Of a stretch of DNA of 64,000 nt, positions 17,738 to 28,044 are shown piece after piece. Location: positions 32,001 to 96,000 of the IMG/VR virus record IMGVR_UViG_3300028591_000087; one strand, written 5' to 3'. Below the pieces are notes generated by a model that was given only the letters and a program-made list of their open reading frames with translations, made no database searches and was not told the origin of the DNA. The stretch's first letter is position 1. The number at the start of each line of letters is the position of its first letter. The position numbers and the translations under genes were made by a program. Source of the stretch: a virus. Taxonomy: Duplodnaviria; Caudoviricetes.

Positions 17738-17896
17738 TGTTTTCGTCCTCCTCAGTGTTTCCTGTCCCTTTCGACATTGTTAGTATAGCACAGGTGGCCG
17801 CTAATGTCAACACTTTTTTGCAGAAAAAAAATATTTTTTTTCTGTTAAATGTTTGTAACATTTTTGTAACAATTGAGCAAGTAGCACAAATCAACA

Positions 17897-17981
17897 GTTA
17901 CATGGATCCAGTTACATGGTTACATGGGGCTGGTTACATGCGGGATGGGTCATGTAACCGTGTAACCGCGGTCATGTAACC
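17897..17981. repeat. GTTACAT/TGTAAC inverted repeat cluster 3
   Basis: Four GTTACAT, GCGGGAT, three TGTAACC. Confidence 0.8.
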
Positions 17982-18179
17982 GAAATTTTGCTGATTGCAA
18001 AAAATTACAAAAATACCGGGCGTGCCGTTCCTGCACGCCCGGGCGACGTTCTCTCGAACCCCAGACTACCCTGTGTATTTTTAGTCAACCTAAAAGCACC
18101 CGGGGATCTATTTCGGGAGAAAATTTTTTTAAATCTGTTATTTCCTTTTTGCCTGGACCTTTCCCACTCTAAATCTTTT

Positions 18180-18737
18180 TTAAATTTTGGAATACGGTAT
18201 AAATTTATTCCAGTCCCGCATATCGAACTGTATAAAATTTCTTACCCATAAAACAGCATCACAAATATCTTGGGCTTCCGGGTGATAGTCTGAATTCCTA
18301 AATTTTTCATATCTATTATATAAATATGCTGGCGTGTCTGCGACATGCCGTAATGCGAGCTCAACAGCTTCATTTAAATCCTTCTTTGGATCTAAATGTC
18401 CATTTATTTCGCACCAACTAGCATATTTAATTTTCCAATTCCATGGACCAAAATGATAACATGCCTTCAAATGTAATAGTGTTACATCATCCTTAACATG
18501 TTTATAGTAGAGCCATAGTCCTTTACTATAAAACATAATGCCATCAATGCCATCATAGAATATACCGCCATATTCGTCCGCATCTCCTAAATACATCAAT
18601 CTCTTAAAGTTAAATCCATAATCAATATGCGCAAGAACCTTCTTCCCAACATAAAGATTCTCCCACTGCCATTCAACATACCAAGAGACAGTCATTGCAA
18701 TGATCCCAAATACAATGCAACATAAAAAAATAATCAT
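18180..18737 (-). CDS. Membrane-anchored hypothetical protein
   Basis: N-terminal TM segment; shares a (LM/ML)YLGD motif with 18734-19402. Confidence 0.65.
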   Translation of the reverse strand: MIIFLCCIVFGIIAMTVSWYVEWQWENLYVGKKVLAHIDYGFNFKRLMYLGDADEYGGIFYDGIDGIMFYSKGLWLYYKHVKDDVTLLHLKACYHFGPWNWKIKYASWCEINGHLDPKKDLNEAVELALRHVADTPAYLYNRYEKFRNSDYHPEAQDICDAVLWVRNFIQFDMRDWNKFIPYSKI

Positions 18738-19402
18738 TGGATCTCCTCAAAATTAATAACCGGGCAATAACCCTCAATCTCTTTGCGCAACTCTTCTACC
18801 GTTTGCTTCATATCCAATAGTGTGTCCGGATGACTATCCATAAAGGCGCTCGCTGCACTTTTCTGATTAATTTGCCGATTTTCTTTTCTCGCCTTTACCT
18901 CTTGTTCTTTGATTTTCTTTTTCCGTTTATTTGCTAGCACTACCTCTTGATAGTAAGCGGGCCACTCATTGCCCATCTCTTGGAATCCATTAAGTTTTTC
19001 GCGCAACGTCGCATTTTCAATCCAAACTTTTCGCTCCCAATAGAATTCGCCATTATCAACAGCTTGCGGCACATAGTATCCACTATCATACCAATATCTT
19101 ATCGTCCCATCGGCACTATCACCCAAATACAGCATCTTGGCATGAATATACTTACGCTCAATCTCAAACCATTTAATCCACTCACCTAATAGCTTTTTCC
19201 ATTCTATTATAGTGCGCTGATCCGCAAGTTTTAGATTGTTGAACTTGCCTTGTGCTCTCCACCATTGTAGACCAAGAGTCACTCCTATTGCTCCTGTCAT
19301 AATCATAAACAGCGGTCCAAGATATAATAATGCTACTAACGTACATCCAGTCAATATACCAATGCCTAATCTAATGGCAACATCAGTTTGAAAATCGCTC
19401 AC
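18734..19402 (-). CDS. Membrane-anchored hypothetical protein
   Basis: Two N-terminal TM segments and a charged C-terminus. Confidence 0.65.
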   Translation of the reverse strand: MSDFQTDVAIRLGIGILTGCTLVALLYLGPLFMIMTGAIGVTLGLQWWRAQGKFNNLKLADQRTIIEWKKLLGEWIKWFEIERKYIHAKMLYLGDSADGTIRYWYDSGYYVPQAVDNGEFYWERKVWIENATLREKLNGFQEMGNEWPAYYQEVVLANKRKKKIKEQEVKARKENRQINQKSAASAFMDSHPDTLLDMKQTVEELRKEIEGYCPVINFEEIQ

Positions 19403-19414
19403 CTTAATAACTCC

Positions 19415-19609
19415 TTAATCATTCCATTTAGTAGAATTCTTACCAAATAAAATATGTATAGCTAATGTGCCCCAAAATGCGGTCCAGTATCCCATAGCAG
19501 GAGCCCCAAACATATTAACTGCGATAAGCGTCCATGCGTGCATTACAATCCAAGGACCAATAAAAATAAAAAGTAACAAAATAACTAATGTACTAGTTAA
19601 TGCTTTCAT
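19415..19609 (-). CDS. Small membrane protein
   Basis: Hydrophobic 64-aa ORF with GAGGAG RBS. Confidence 0.65.
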   Translation of the reverse strand: MKALTSTLVILLLFIFIGPWIVMHAWTLIAVNMFGAPAMGYWTAFWGTLAIHILFGKNSTKWND

Positions 19610-19845
19610 TCATCTGTCTCCTCTTGTTTTCCAAATAAACAATCAATATACATTAAACGTGCGCGACGCTCATTCGCAGATTTAATAATACCTTCTTTAT
19701 ACATCTGCTCGACACGTCGACGTAAAAATTTTGGATCCATATCCATTATTGATTTACTCAATGTTAAACATGCAGCATTATCTTTACTATATCCGGCTGG
19801 ACAAGAATCAAATAAGCTGTGGTAACATTCAAGACATGACTACAT
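19606..19845 (-). CDS. Hypothetical protein (79 aa) with TAG at codon 2
   Basis: ATG TAG TCA TGT... open to TGA 19606; fills the operon gap with an ATGA overlap; CxxC motif. Confidence 0.6.
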
Positions 19846-19846
19846 T

Positions 19847-20368
19847 TTAATTCAACACCTTTTCTTGCGGGCGTCGTCCTCTCTGATAAAAAAACTTATC
19901 AAATTTATTATCCCGCATTTCATCATATTTATCGGCATTCATTTCATTAATGCCCTCAATAAAATCTTCATATTTACAAATGTTTGCGGCACAGCCTTGC
20001 GTCATGAGACTAGACTCTTCAACACCAGGCATTTGAACTACAAGTATATTTACGCCTTTGGCAAAAGCATATCCAGCTTCCCACGCAGTTCCTGCAGTAG
20101 AGTGCCGACCATAGTCAGCTAGCACTAACCAATCACATTCATCAATAGCGACGACATCCATTGTAAATACACATTGTGCCCAGGTCTGTATATCTATGCC
20201 CCAAGCATTAGGAACTTTGTGCGCACCAGGTCTATACACATAAACCCAATCTCGCTCACAATCTGCATTCCAGATTCGCATACATTCGATTGCTCTTTCG
20301 AGATTTCCCATTTGTTTCTTTATTTCTTTGTCATCAGTTATTACTGGACCCGCCAAGTAAATCTTCAT
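19847..20368 (-). CDS. Nucleoside 2-deoxyribosyltransferase-like protein
   Basis: KIYLAGP, DxxAIDECD, GTAWEAGYAFAKG. Confidence 0.8.
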   Translation of the reverse strand: MKIYLAGPVITDDKEIKKQMGNLERAIECMRIWNADCERDWVYVYRPGAHKVPNAWGIDIQTWAQCVFTMDVVAIDECDWLVLADYGRHSTAGTAWEAGYAFAKGVNILVVQMPGVEESSLMTQGCAANICKYEDFIEGINEMNADKYDEMRDNKFDKFFYQRGRRPQEKVLN

Positions 20369-20540
20369 TTGCCCATTTCTCCTTTAAACCTTTCATAATC
20401 TCTTTGGAACATTTATCACAAAATACTGCGTTTGTAGCGAGCTTGAACCAATCTTCTTCCGGACTTTGCATCTCATACCATTCTTTTCCACATTGCGGGC
20501 AGGTGAATCTTACTTCTTCCATAAAGGCTTCTGCTATCAT
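20334..20540 (-). CDS. Zn-ribbon protein
   Basis: CPQC...CDKC; GGAGG RBS. Confidence 0.6.
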   Translation of the reverse strand: MIAEAFMEEVRFTCPQCGKEWYEMQSPEEDWFKLATNAVFCDKCSKEIMKGLKEKWANEDLLGGSSNN

Positions 20541-20614
20541 AGTTATACACCTCCTATTACATTATTATTATATTATAATTTTTTAATGTTTTCAAGTTTG
20601 GGCAAAAAACGTCG

Positions 20615-20643
20615 TTGACTTATACGAAAATTTTTAGTATAAT
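20615..20643 (+). promoter_or_regulatory. sigmaA-type promoter of the packaging/head operon
   Basis: TTGACT-N17-TATAAT, divergent from a minus-strand promoter. Confidence 0.65.
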
Positions 20644-20682
20644 GAGTGTAGTAAGTGGGGACAACAGATCATTTATAAGGAG

Positions 20683-21768
20683 TTGATTGGTATAATTCAA
20701 TTAGATTATACTATTGATTCTCCAGAAGAAAGACGAAAACTAGTAGAATAGATCTTGCGGGAAGTGCCCGACCCAAGCGAGCAATACCTAGAGATCCTCG
20801 GCGATTACTTGGTTCTTTGTATGGAGAAGCAAGAGAAAAAGGAGAAAAAAATACTTACTGAAAATCGTCTAGCTACAATCAATAAGCGAGAGATTTCTTA
20901 TGAAGGTCTGGTCAGTCAACTTGAAAACGGTGAAGATGGAATATATAATTTAATTACTGATAATGGAAAGAATACAATTTTTTAGCCGAAAGTTACTATT
21001 ACAAAACAAGACATAGAAGAGATACCGCAACTGGCGCAATTGCGCGAAAGCATAGAGCGCTGGGAAAAGTTACAAAAGACTGCATCCGGACGTGAAGCAT
21101 TTATAATCAAACGTACTTTGATTGAAATGCGCAAAGATCAATATATTATCAAAAATGCTTATAAACGTCCCATTGTATTCACAAAGTTGTCACGAGGTAT
21201 GAAAACGTTCCCACCATTACCTTGGAATGAATGGATAGAATATGACGATCAAGATAATGCTATAATCCGATATGATGGCATATCTTTCTGTGATTATCGA
21301 GTTATTAATGAAATACTTCAATTGTATCCTATTTTAAAGGGTCGATCTGAAGGTAATTTCGATGGTGATACTTGGTATATGATTCAGGATTTCTAGCCGC
21401 TCGTTGAAAGAGCACTTGCGGATTATCCGATGTATAAACGCATTGTTGAGTATAAACAAGATAAATTACAGAATGTAGAGATACAAGCATTGCTTGAAGA
21501 AGAGTTCCAATTTACGCACTCAATAGAATATATTAGTAGCTTATGGAGAAATAAGATTCCTAAGCTAATTGCGCAAAAGGCACAAGACGAATGGCTTATG
21601 TGGTATTTTACTTATATAGAAAAAGGTAAGTGGAAGAAGTGCTCTCGATGCGGAGAGGTTAAATTAGCACATTCTAAATTCTTCAGTATTAATAAAACGT
21701 CAAAAGATGGATTTTATAGTATTTGCAAGAAGTGCCGCAATAGCAAGAAAAAGGAGTGCTATGACTAA
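20683..21768 (+). CDS. Hypothetical protein with C-terminal Zn ribbon (3 in-frame TAG; start uncertain)
   Basis: Track ORFs 20755, 21040 and 21430 are co-frame and broken by TAG; ends TAA; CSRC...CKKC. Confidence 0.7.
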
Positions 21769-22955
21769 TGGCAGATGGAAAGACTTTGTACTGTAAGACG
21801 TGTAACCGTACAATGGACGAAAATTAGTTTTATCAAACTAAACGCTTAGACAAGTTTCCAGATGGATATTTGCCCGAATGTAAAAAATGTTTAACTCGAC
21901 ACGTTGATAATTGGGATCCAAAAACTTATTTATGGATTCTTGAAGATATAGACGTTCCTTATATTGAAGAGGAATGGACTACATTATTAAATAGATATGC
22001 GAAAGATCCTCGTAAAACTACTGGCATGACAATTCTCGGACGTTATTTGTCTAAGATGCGTATGAAGCAGTTTAGTATGTATTCTTGGGCTGATACAGAA
22101 AGATTGCGCCAAGAGGCTGACGCTAAGAAAGCGGAAGTTATGGCGCGACAAGGATACAGCGGCGAGGAAATTGAATAGGCTATTCAAACTGGCACAATGC
22201 CAGAAAAGCCTCAAGATTTTGTTGAGGCAGAATAGCAATAGGCTACAGTTGCGGCTGAGCCTATAGATTTAAATGCTCCAGATTTCTTTGATGATGATTT
22301 AACTGACGAAGATAAGAAGTATCTTACTTTAAAGTGGGGTAAAGCTTATCGTCCATATGAGTGGGTTTAGTTAGAGAAATTATATCAAGAAATGATGGCG
22401 GCATTTGATATTGTTACCCCGGCTCATGAAGATTATCTTAAATTGATTTGTAAGACTTCTTTGAAGTGTCATTAGTTGGTCGATCTTGGTGATATTGAAG
22501 GATTCCAAAAAATGTCTAAAGTTTATGATACATTAATGAAATCCGCTAAGTTTACTGCGGCACAAAATAAGGCCGAAAGTGGTGAATTTGTATCCGCGAT
22601 TGATGAATTTATAGTGTTGTGCGAAAAAGAAGATTTTATACCAAGATATTATGTGGATAAGCCACAAGACAAGGTTGATGAGACTTTGGCTGATCTTCGT
22701 GGTTATACGCATAGGTTAGTAACTGAAGAAATGAATCTTGGTAATCTTATTGAAAATGCTGTGCGCACTATGGCGCGAGAAGAAGCAAAAGAAGAAGATT
22801 CCGAAACTACTGAGATTGATGATGTTGATCTACATGAGCTTGAAGAAGAAGTTCTTAGTGATAATGATTTCTTAAAACACTATGAATTTATTGAAGAAGA
22901 ATAGGCTGATGATGAAGCCACTATTCGTGACCTCCTCGGAGAGGATGATGAATAA
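21768..22955 (+). CDS. Zn-finger protein immediately upstream of terminase (possible small terminase/packaging factor), TAG-recoded
   Basis: ATG 21768 with RBS; CKTC...CKKC; co-frame with 21870 and 22476; TAA overlaps the terminase ATG. Confidence 0.65.
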
Positions 22956-24685
22956 TGGCGCTTTAGGATTTATTAAATCTTAAAACTGATGTTGACAAAA
23001 TTGGCTTATCAGAAGAGCGAGTGCGGGCATGTATTCCAAAAGCACGACAATGGGTATCTTTTTGGAGAGAATATCCAGATTTATTTGTGGATTTTTTACT
23101 TCAAAAAAATAATCCAATGAACTTTGAATTATTCTTTTATCAGCGTGTATTTTTACGTGCGGCAATGCGTTATAAGTACACGTATGCAGTATTCCCACGT
23201 GCTTATTCAAAATCGTTTTTAGCCGCATTAATTTTAATTATACGTTGTATACTGTATCCAGGAGCAAAGCTATTTGTTACTTCTGGCGGTAAGGAACAGG
23301 CATCTAGTATTATTAAAGCTAAAGTACAAGAATTATGTCATCTAATCCCTGCGTTGCACGACGAGATTGATTGGCGTCGTGGTAAGACAATGGAGGGAAA
23401 AGATTATGTTAGATACATATTTAAGAACGGGTCAGTGCTGGACAATATAGCAGCTCGCGAAACTTCAAGAGGTCAGCGTCGACATGGCGGGCTCATGGAA
23501 GAGTGTGTTGGTATCGACGGTACAATCCTTAACGAAGTTATTATTCCGACAATGAACGTTTCTAGACGCGCGGCATGTGGTGGAAAAGATGACAATGAAG
23601 TTCTTAATAAATCACAAATTTATGTTACTACAGCTGGATGGAAGAATACATTTGCTTATGACAAACTAATTCAGATTTTGTGCTGGGAGATTGTAAAGCC
23701 TGAACGTGCAATGGTAATGGGCGGTACATGGAGAATTCCGGTTTTAATGGATTTGCTTGATAAGACCTTTATTAGAGATCTTAAAATGGACGGTACATTT
23801 AATGAATCTTCCTTTGAGCGTGAATATGAATCAGTTTGGTCTGGCACTATTGAAGATGCGTTCTTTAATGCAGAACAATTCGATCATAATAGAATTTTAA
23901 AATAGCCTGAATATGAGTATTCCGGTCGAAGCACAAAAAATGCTTATTATGTGCTTTCTGTCGATGTTGGTCGGCGTGGATGTGATACTGTTGTTTGCGT
24001 GTTTAAAGTTAATCCGCAAACTGCGGGAAATGCTTTAATTAGTTTGGTCAATATTTATACATTAAGTGATGCACATTTTGAAGATCAATGTATATTTATT
24101 AAGAAGTTATATTATAAATATAAAGCTAAGAAGGTAGTCATTGATGGTAATGGTCTCGGTATTGGTTTAGTTGACTATTTCGTTAAAGGTCAAACTGATC
24201 CAGACACTGGCGATGTAATTGCAGACTTTGGTGTAGATAATGACGAAGATGGTGAATATAAGAAATATCGTACTGAGATCTGTGAAGAAAATGCGCTTTG
24301 GGTAATTAAAGCAAATGCACCGATTAATACTGAAGTACATGGTAATGTGCAAAGTATGATGCAAGCCGGAAGAGTTAAGATGTTAATTGATGAACGTGTT
24401 GCTAAAATTAAATTGATGGCGACTAAAAGAGGTCAGGATATGAAACCTGAGGAACGGGCAGAATATCTTAAACCATTTACTTTAACTTCCATATTAAAAG
24501 AAGAAATGATGAATCTTCGTGAGGAAAACGAAGGTGTAAATATCATTTTGAAGCAAGCAAATAAAGGTATTAAAAAGGATAAATTTAGTGCATTTGAATA
24601 CGGATTATATTGGATAAAATTAGAAGAAGATAAAAAACGTAAACGTAATAAGAAAAGATTTAGCGATATGTTATTTATGAATTGA
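22955..24685 (+). CDS. terL: Terminase large subunit (2 in-frame TAG)
   Basis: Walker A-like PRAYSKS, RGQRRHGGLMEE Walker B, VTTAG, nuclease SVDVGR, VIDGNGLG, KDKFSA. Confidence 0.85.
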
Positions 24686-24686
24686 G

Positions 24687-25052
24687 GTGTCAAAATTGCG
24701 TGCTTCAAGAGGAGAAATAAAGATCGAAGAAATATTGCGCGAAGCCGGTATGAACTTCACTATGGAGCAATCATTCGAAGGACTAAATAGTCCAAATGGC
24801 AGACCATTGCGTTTCGATTTTTGTGTATTTGATGATGATGGAAATGTTGATTTTTTGATTGAGTATCAAGGTAAACAACATTTTGAACCATCGAGTAAAT
24901 ATGGCGGAAAGCAAGGATTTTATCGCCAATAGTTCAACGATAAAAATAAGCGTCGTTTTTGTGCGCTTAATGAATATAATCTAGTTGAGATCCCTTATAC
25001 GGATGAGAATTTAATCACTTATGATTATATTATGGAAAAAGCTGGATATTAA
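24687..25052 (+). CDS. PD-(D/E)XK, Vsr/DUF559-like endonuclease (1 TAG)
   Basis: GEIKIEEIL, LRFDF, LIEYQGKQHF, then *FNDKNK..FC..LVEIPY. Confidence 0.7.
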
Positions 25053-25064
25053 GGAGGGATTGAA

Positions 25065-26699
25065 TTGGGTGATCGCCAAGAGAACATCCACAGCAAGGGC
25101 TTTTCAATCGTTCAACGTCCAGAACTCCACGATATCTATGGTAATATAGTAGATTATGGTAAGGTAAAAGTAGGATTTTAGACATTAGATGATGCAGTTG
25201 TTGATCTTGGATCTTTTCAAAAGATTGACAGACGTACATATGGAAAACTGTCTATCTTGCAGGCACTTGCGCGCAAGGACTATCCTAAACTTCGTGATAT
25301 ATCAAATTACTTTTTTGAAGTAAGTGGTTTGTACGAAAGATTATGTAAATATTTTGCAGGACTGTATCGTTATGACTGGTATATCATGCCTTACGTAATT
25401 AAAGAGAATGAAAAGAATAATGAAAAAATTCTTGAGTAGTTTGCTGAAGCACTTGATTACTTTGATGAGAGTGGGATCAAAAAACTTTGTAATGACATGG
25501 CTTTAAAAGTTATTGTTGATGGTTGTTATTATGGTTATATAATTGAAACCTCTAAAGGCTTTACTTTTTAGGAATTACCTATTAATTATTGCCGTAGTCG
25601 CTTTAAAGTAGGTAACAAACCTGCGGTTGAGTTTAATCCAAAGTTTTTTGATGATATGTTCCCGGATGTAGAGTTGAGAATGAGAGTTCTCAAAATGTAT
25701 CCAGAGGAGTTTGCGAAGGCTTATATCGCTTATAAGAAAAACTCTTTGAATCAAAAGATGAACGATGGTAGCCGTGGCTGGTGGCTTTTAGACCCAGACC
25801 TTGCCTTTAAAATTAATCTTAATAATAGAGATTATCCATTATTGGTAAGCATCACTCCTAAAATATTGGAATTAGATGAAGCCCAAGATCTTGATCGCCG
25901 CAAGATGTTGTAGCAGTTATTGAAAGTTATTATTCAAAAATTGCCACTCGATAAAAATGGCGACTTAATATTTGACGTTGATGAAGCAAGAGATATTCAT
26001 AATAATACAGTGTAGATGTTGTAGCGTGCGGTTGGTGTAGATGTTATGACAACATTTGCGGAAGTAGATGTTGCCGATCTTGCCGACAAAAATACTACTA
26101 CAACAAGAGATGAACTTGAAAAGGTTGAGCGCACTGTTTATAATGAAGCTGGCGTTTCTCAAAACCTATTTAACTCTAATAGTAATCTCGCTCTTGAAAA
26201 AGCTAGCGCAGTCGATGAAGCCAGTGTGCGGGATTTGATATTTGAGTTTGATGAATTATTTACTCGGATTTTGCGGAATAAATATCCGGGAAATAAAAAA
26301 TGGTGTTTGCATTTCTTTTTATTAGAGACTACAATTAATAATTATAAAGAAGTGTCTAAAATGTACAAAGAGCATACACAGCTTGGTTTTTCCAAGATTT
26401 TACCATAGATTGCTCTTGGACATTCACAAAGTTCTATTTATGCTACTGCTCATTTTGAAAACAATGTAATGAAATTACAAGAAATAATGATTCCGCCTCT
26501 TATGAGTTCTACCTTACGCGGATAGGATGTATTACCTGGTTCTAAGGAAGGTAGTAATGCTCAGTCTGGTGCAAATAAGGCTGCACAGCAAGTACAGCAA
26601 GCCGCATCTGGAGATAAGAAAATGGGCAGACCAGAAAAAGAGAATGAATAGAAATCTGATAAAACTATAGCGAACCGTGAAGCTGCGGGAAAGGAGTGA
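25065..26699 (+). CDS. Portal protein (TAG-recoded, ~544 aa)
   Basis: Position after terL; co-frame fragments 25257, 25656, 26046; size; C-terminal GRP motif. Confidence 0.7.
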
Positions 26700-26704
26700 G
26701 TTAA

Positions 26705-28021
26705 GTGCCTAAGCACATCAGTGTTCCTATTGAAGGAACTGTTGAGTTACTTAATGTAGCTCCAATCGCTGATAATCCATTATTGAGTCATTGTGATATT
26801 AAAGTCTGTTATTTGGGTGAAAACCGTAATCATAGTGTGATTGACAAAGAATCCGCTATTAAAATGGCAAAGACTTTACACGGATGCCCAATTGCTGGAT
26901 TTTACGACGAGAAGCAGGAAGACTTTTCCGGTCATAATCGTAGTATAGAGGTTGGCGATGGCAAGTTCCGCATTATAGACAGAACTAAGGCTTATGGCTT
27001 TGTTGATTCAAGTTCTAAGATTTGGTTCCAAGATTTTATTGATGATAATCAAGTAAGACGTACTTATTTGTTGACTGAAGGTTATCTTTGGTCTACTCTT
27101 TATCCAGAAACTAAACGGATTTTGGAAAATGGAAATAACCAATCTATGGAACTTAATGAAGAAAATTTGAAAGGCTCTTGGACATTTGATGATAAAGGTC
27201 TTCCTAAATTTTTCATAATTGATGAAGCAATGATACAAAAGCTTTGTATTCTTGGAGAAGATGTTGAGCCTTGTTTTGAAGGCGCGGGTATTGCAGCACA
27301 ATTCTCATACGACGGTGACTTCAAGAATCAATTATTCTCCTTGATGGAGGATATTAAATCTGCTTTAAGCAAAGGAGGATTTACTTCTATGGAAGAGAAC
27401 AAGAATGTAAATGATCCTACTTTGGAAACCCCTGAAGTTGATTACAAGAAGAAGGAAGAAGACAATCAGGGAGAAAAGAAAGAAAATCCATTTCCTCCAA
27501 AGAAGGATGATGAGGGTGGCGACGAAAAGAAGCCAGCCGAAGGTGAAGACAAGAAAGAAGAAGACGACGAAGATAAGAAGAAGAAGGCTCCAACAAAGCA
27601 TGAGCTTACTGATGATGAAATCGCCGATTCTGAACTCTATAAAAATCTTGCAGTTCAGTTCACAGAACTTCAGAAGCAGTTTGAAGCTTTAAGAAGCGAA
27701 GTTGAACCATTACGTCAGTTCAAAGTTGACGCTGATCGTAAAGCAAAGCAGGATATGATTGATAGCTTCTATATGCTTTCCGACGCTGATAAGAAGGATT
27801 GCATTGATAATATTGATACTTATAGTCTCAATGATATTGAAGCTAAGTTATCTATTATTTGTGTTCGTAACAAGGTGTCTTTCAACCTTGATGACGATAA
27901 GAAGGAAGATAATACTTCCAAGAAAGAGCCTACCATCTATAGTTTGGATGGTACTGATGGTGAGGACAACGCACCTGCTTGGATTAAGGCTGTGCGCGAA
28001 ACCGCCAAAGAATTGAACTAA
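26705..28021 (+). CDS. Prohead protease/scaffold protein
   Basis: GENRNHS, H, QSMEL, LCILG..VEPCFEGA, then an acidic coiled-coil tail; position between portal and capsid; no TAG. Confidence 0.7.
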   Translation: MPKHISVPIEGTVELLNVAPIADNPLLSHCDIKVCYLGENRNHSVIDKESAIKMAKTLHGCPIAGFYDEKQEDFSGHNRSIEVGDGKFRIIDRTKAYGFVDSSSKIWFQDFIDDNQVRRTYLLTEGYLWSTLYPETKRILENGNNQSMELNEENLKGSWTFDDKGLPKFFIIDEAMIQKLCILGEDVEPCFEGAGIAAQFSYDGDFKNQLFSLMEDIKSALSKGGFTSMEENKNVNDPTLETPEVDYKKKEEDNQGEKKENPFPPKKDDEGGDEKKPAEGEDKKEEDDEDKKKKAPTKHELTDDEIADSELYKNLAVQFTELQKQFEALRSEVEPLRQFKVDADRKAKQDMIDSFYMLSDADKKDCIDNIDTYSLNDIEAKLSIICVRNKVSFNLDDDKKEDNTSKKEPTIYSLDGTDGEDNAPAWIKAVRETAKELN

Positions 28022-28044
28022 TTTTATAAAGGAGGAAGCTACGT

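Larger units (their letters stand above)
3351..17810 (-). promoter_or_regulatory. About 28 near-consensus sigma70/sigmaA promoters driving the small-gene cassettes
   Basis: TTGACA/TTGACN-N17/18-TATAAT-like, often with extended TG, on the minus strand; -35 at e.g. 3374, 4728, 5405, 6998, 8050, 8670, 9393, 10287, 10489, 11184, 11549, 12493, 12903, 13280, 13560, 13960, 14857, 15078, 15737, 16746, 17205, 17513, 17805. Confidence 0.85.
2737..18042. repeat. Dispersed family of 17 fixed-geometry GC-rich hairpins: 2737, 2847, 4215, 4928, 6247, 7063, 8117, 8890, 9626, 10555, 11248, 12557, 13625, 14592, 15491, 16443, 18016
   Basis: 14 internal copies are 37-39 nt: AAAY lead-in, 11-bp paired variable arm starting CCG/CGG/CTGG, semi-conserved inner arm (CGGCYRC/GYGRCCG-like), ~3-nt loop. 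The three terminal copies are 27-29 nt. Confidence 0.9.

Noticed and set aside
2928-17979. Long plus-strand ORFs in the early block (e.g. 4888-5664, 7079-7927, 10563-11156)
   Set aside because: They are antisense shadows of minus-strand genes that have promoters and RBSs; the high GC content reduces stop codons.
2737-18042. Hairpin family as a CRISPR array or canonical integron attC sites
   Set aside because: Copies differ in sequence and are ~1 kb apart with genes between them; there are no consistent RYYYAAC/GTTRRRY ends or extrahelical bases; no cas or intI gene is in the window.
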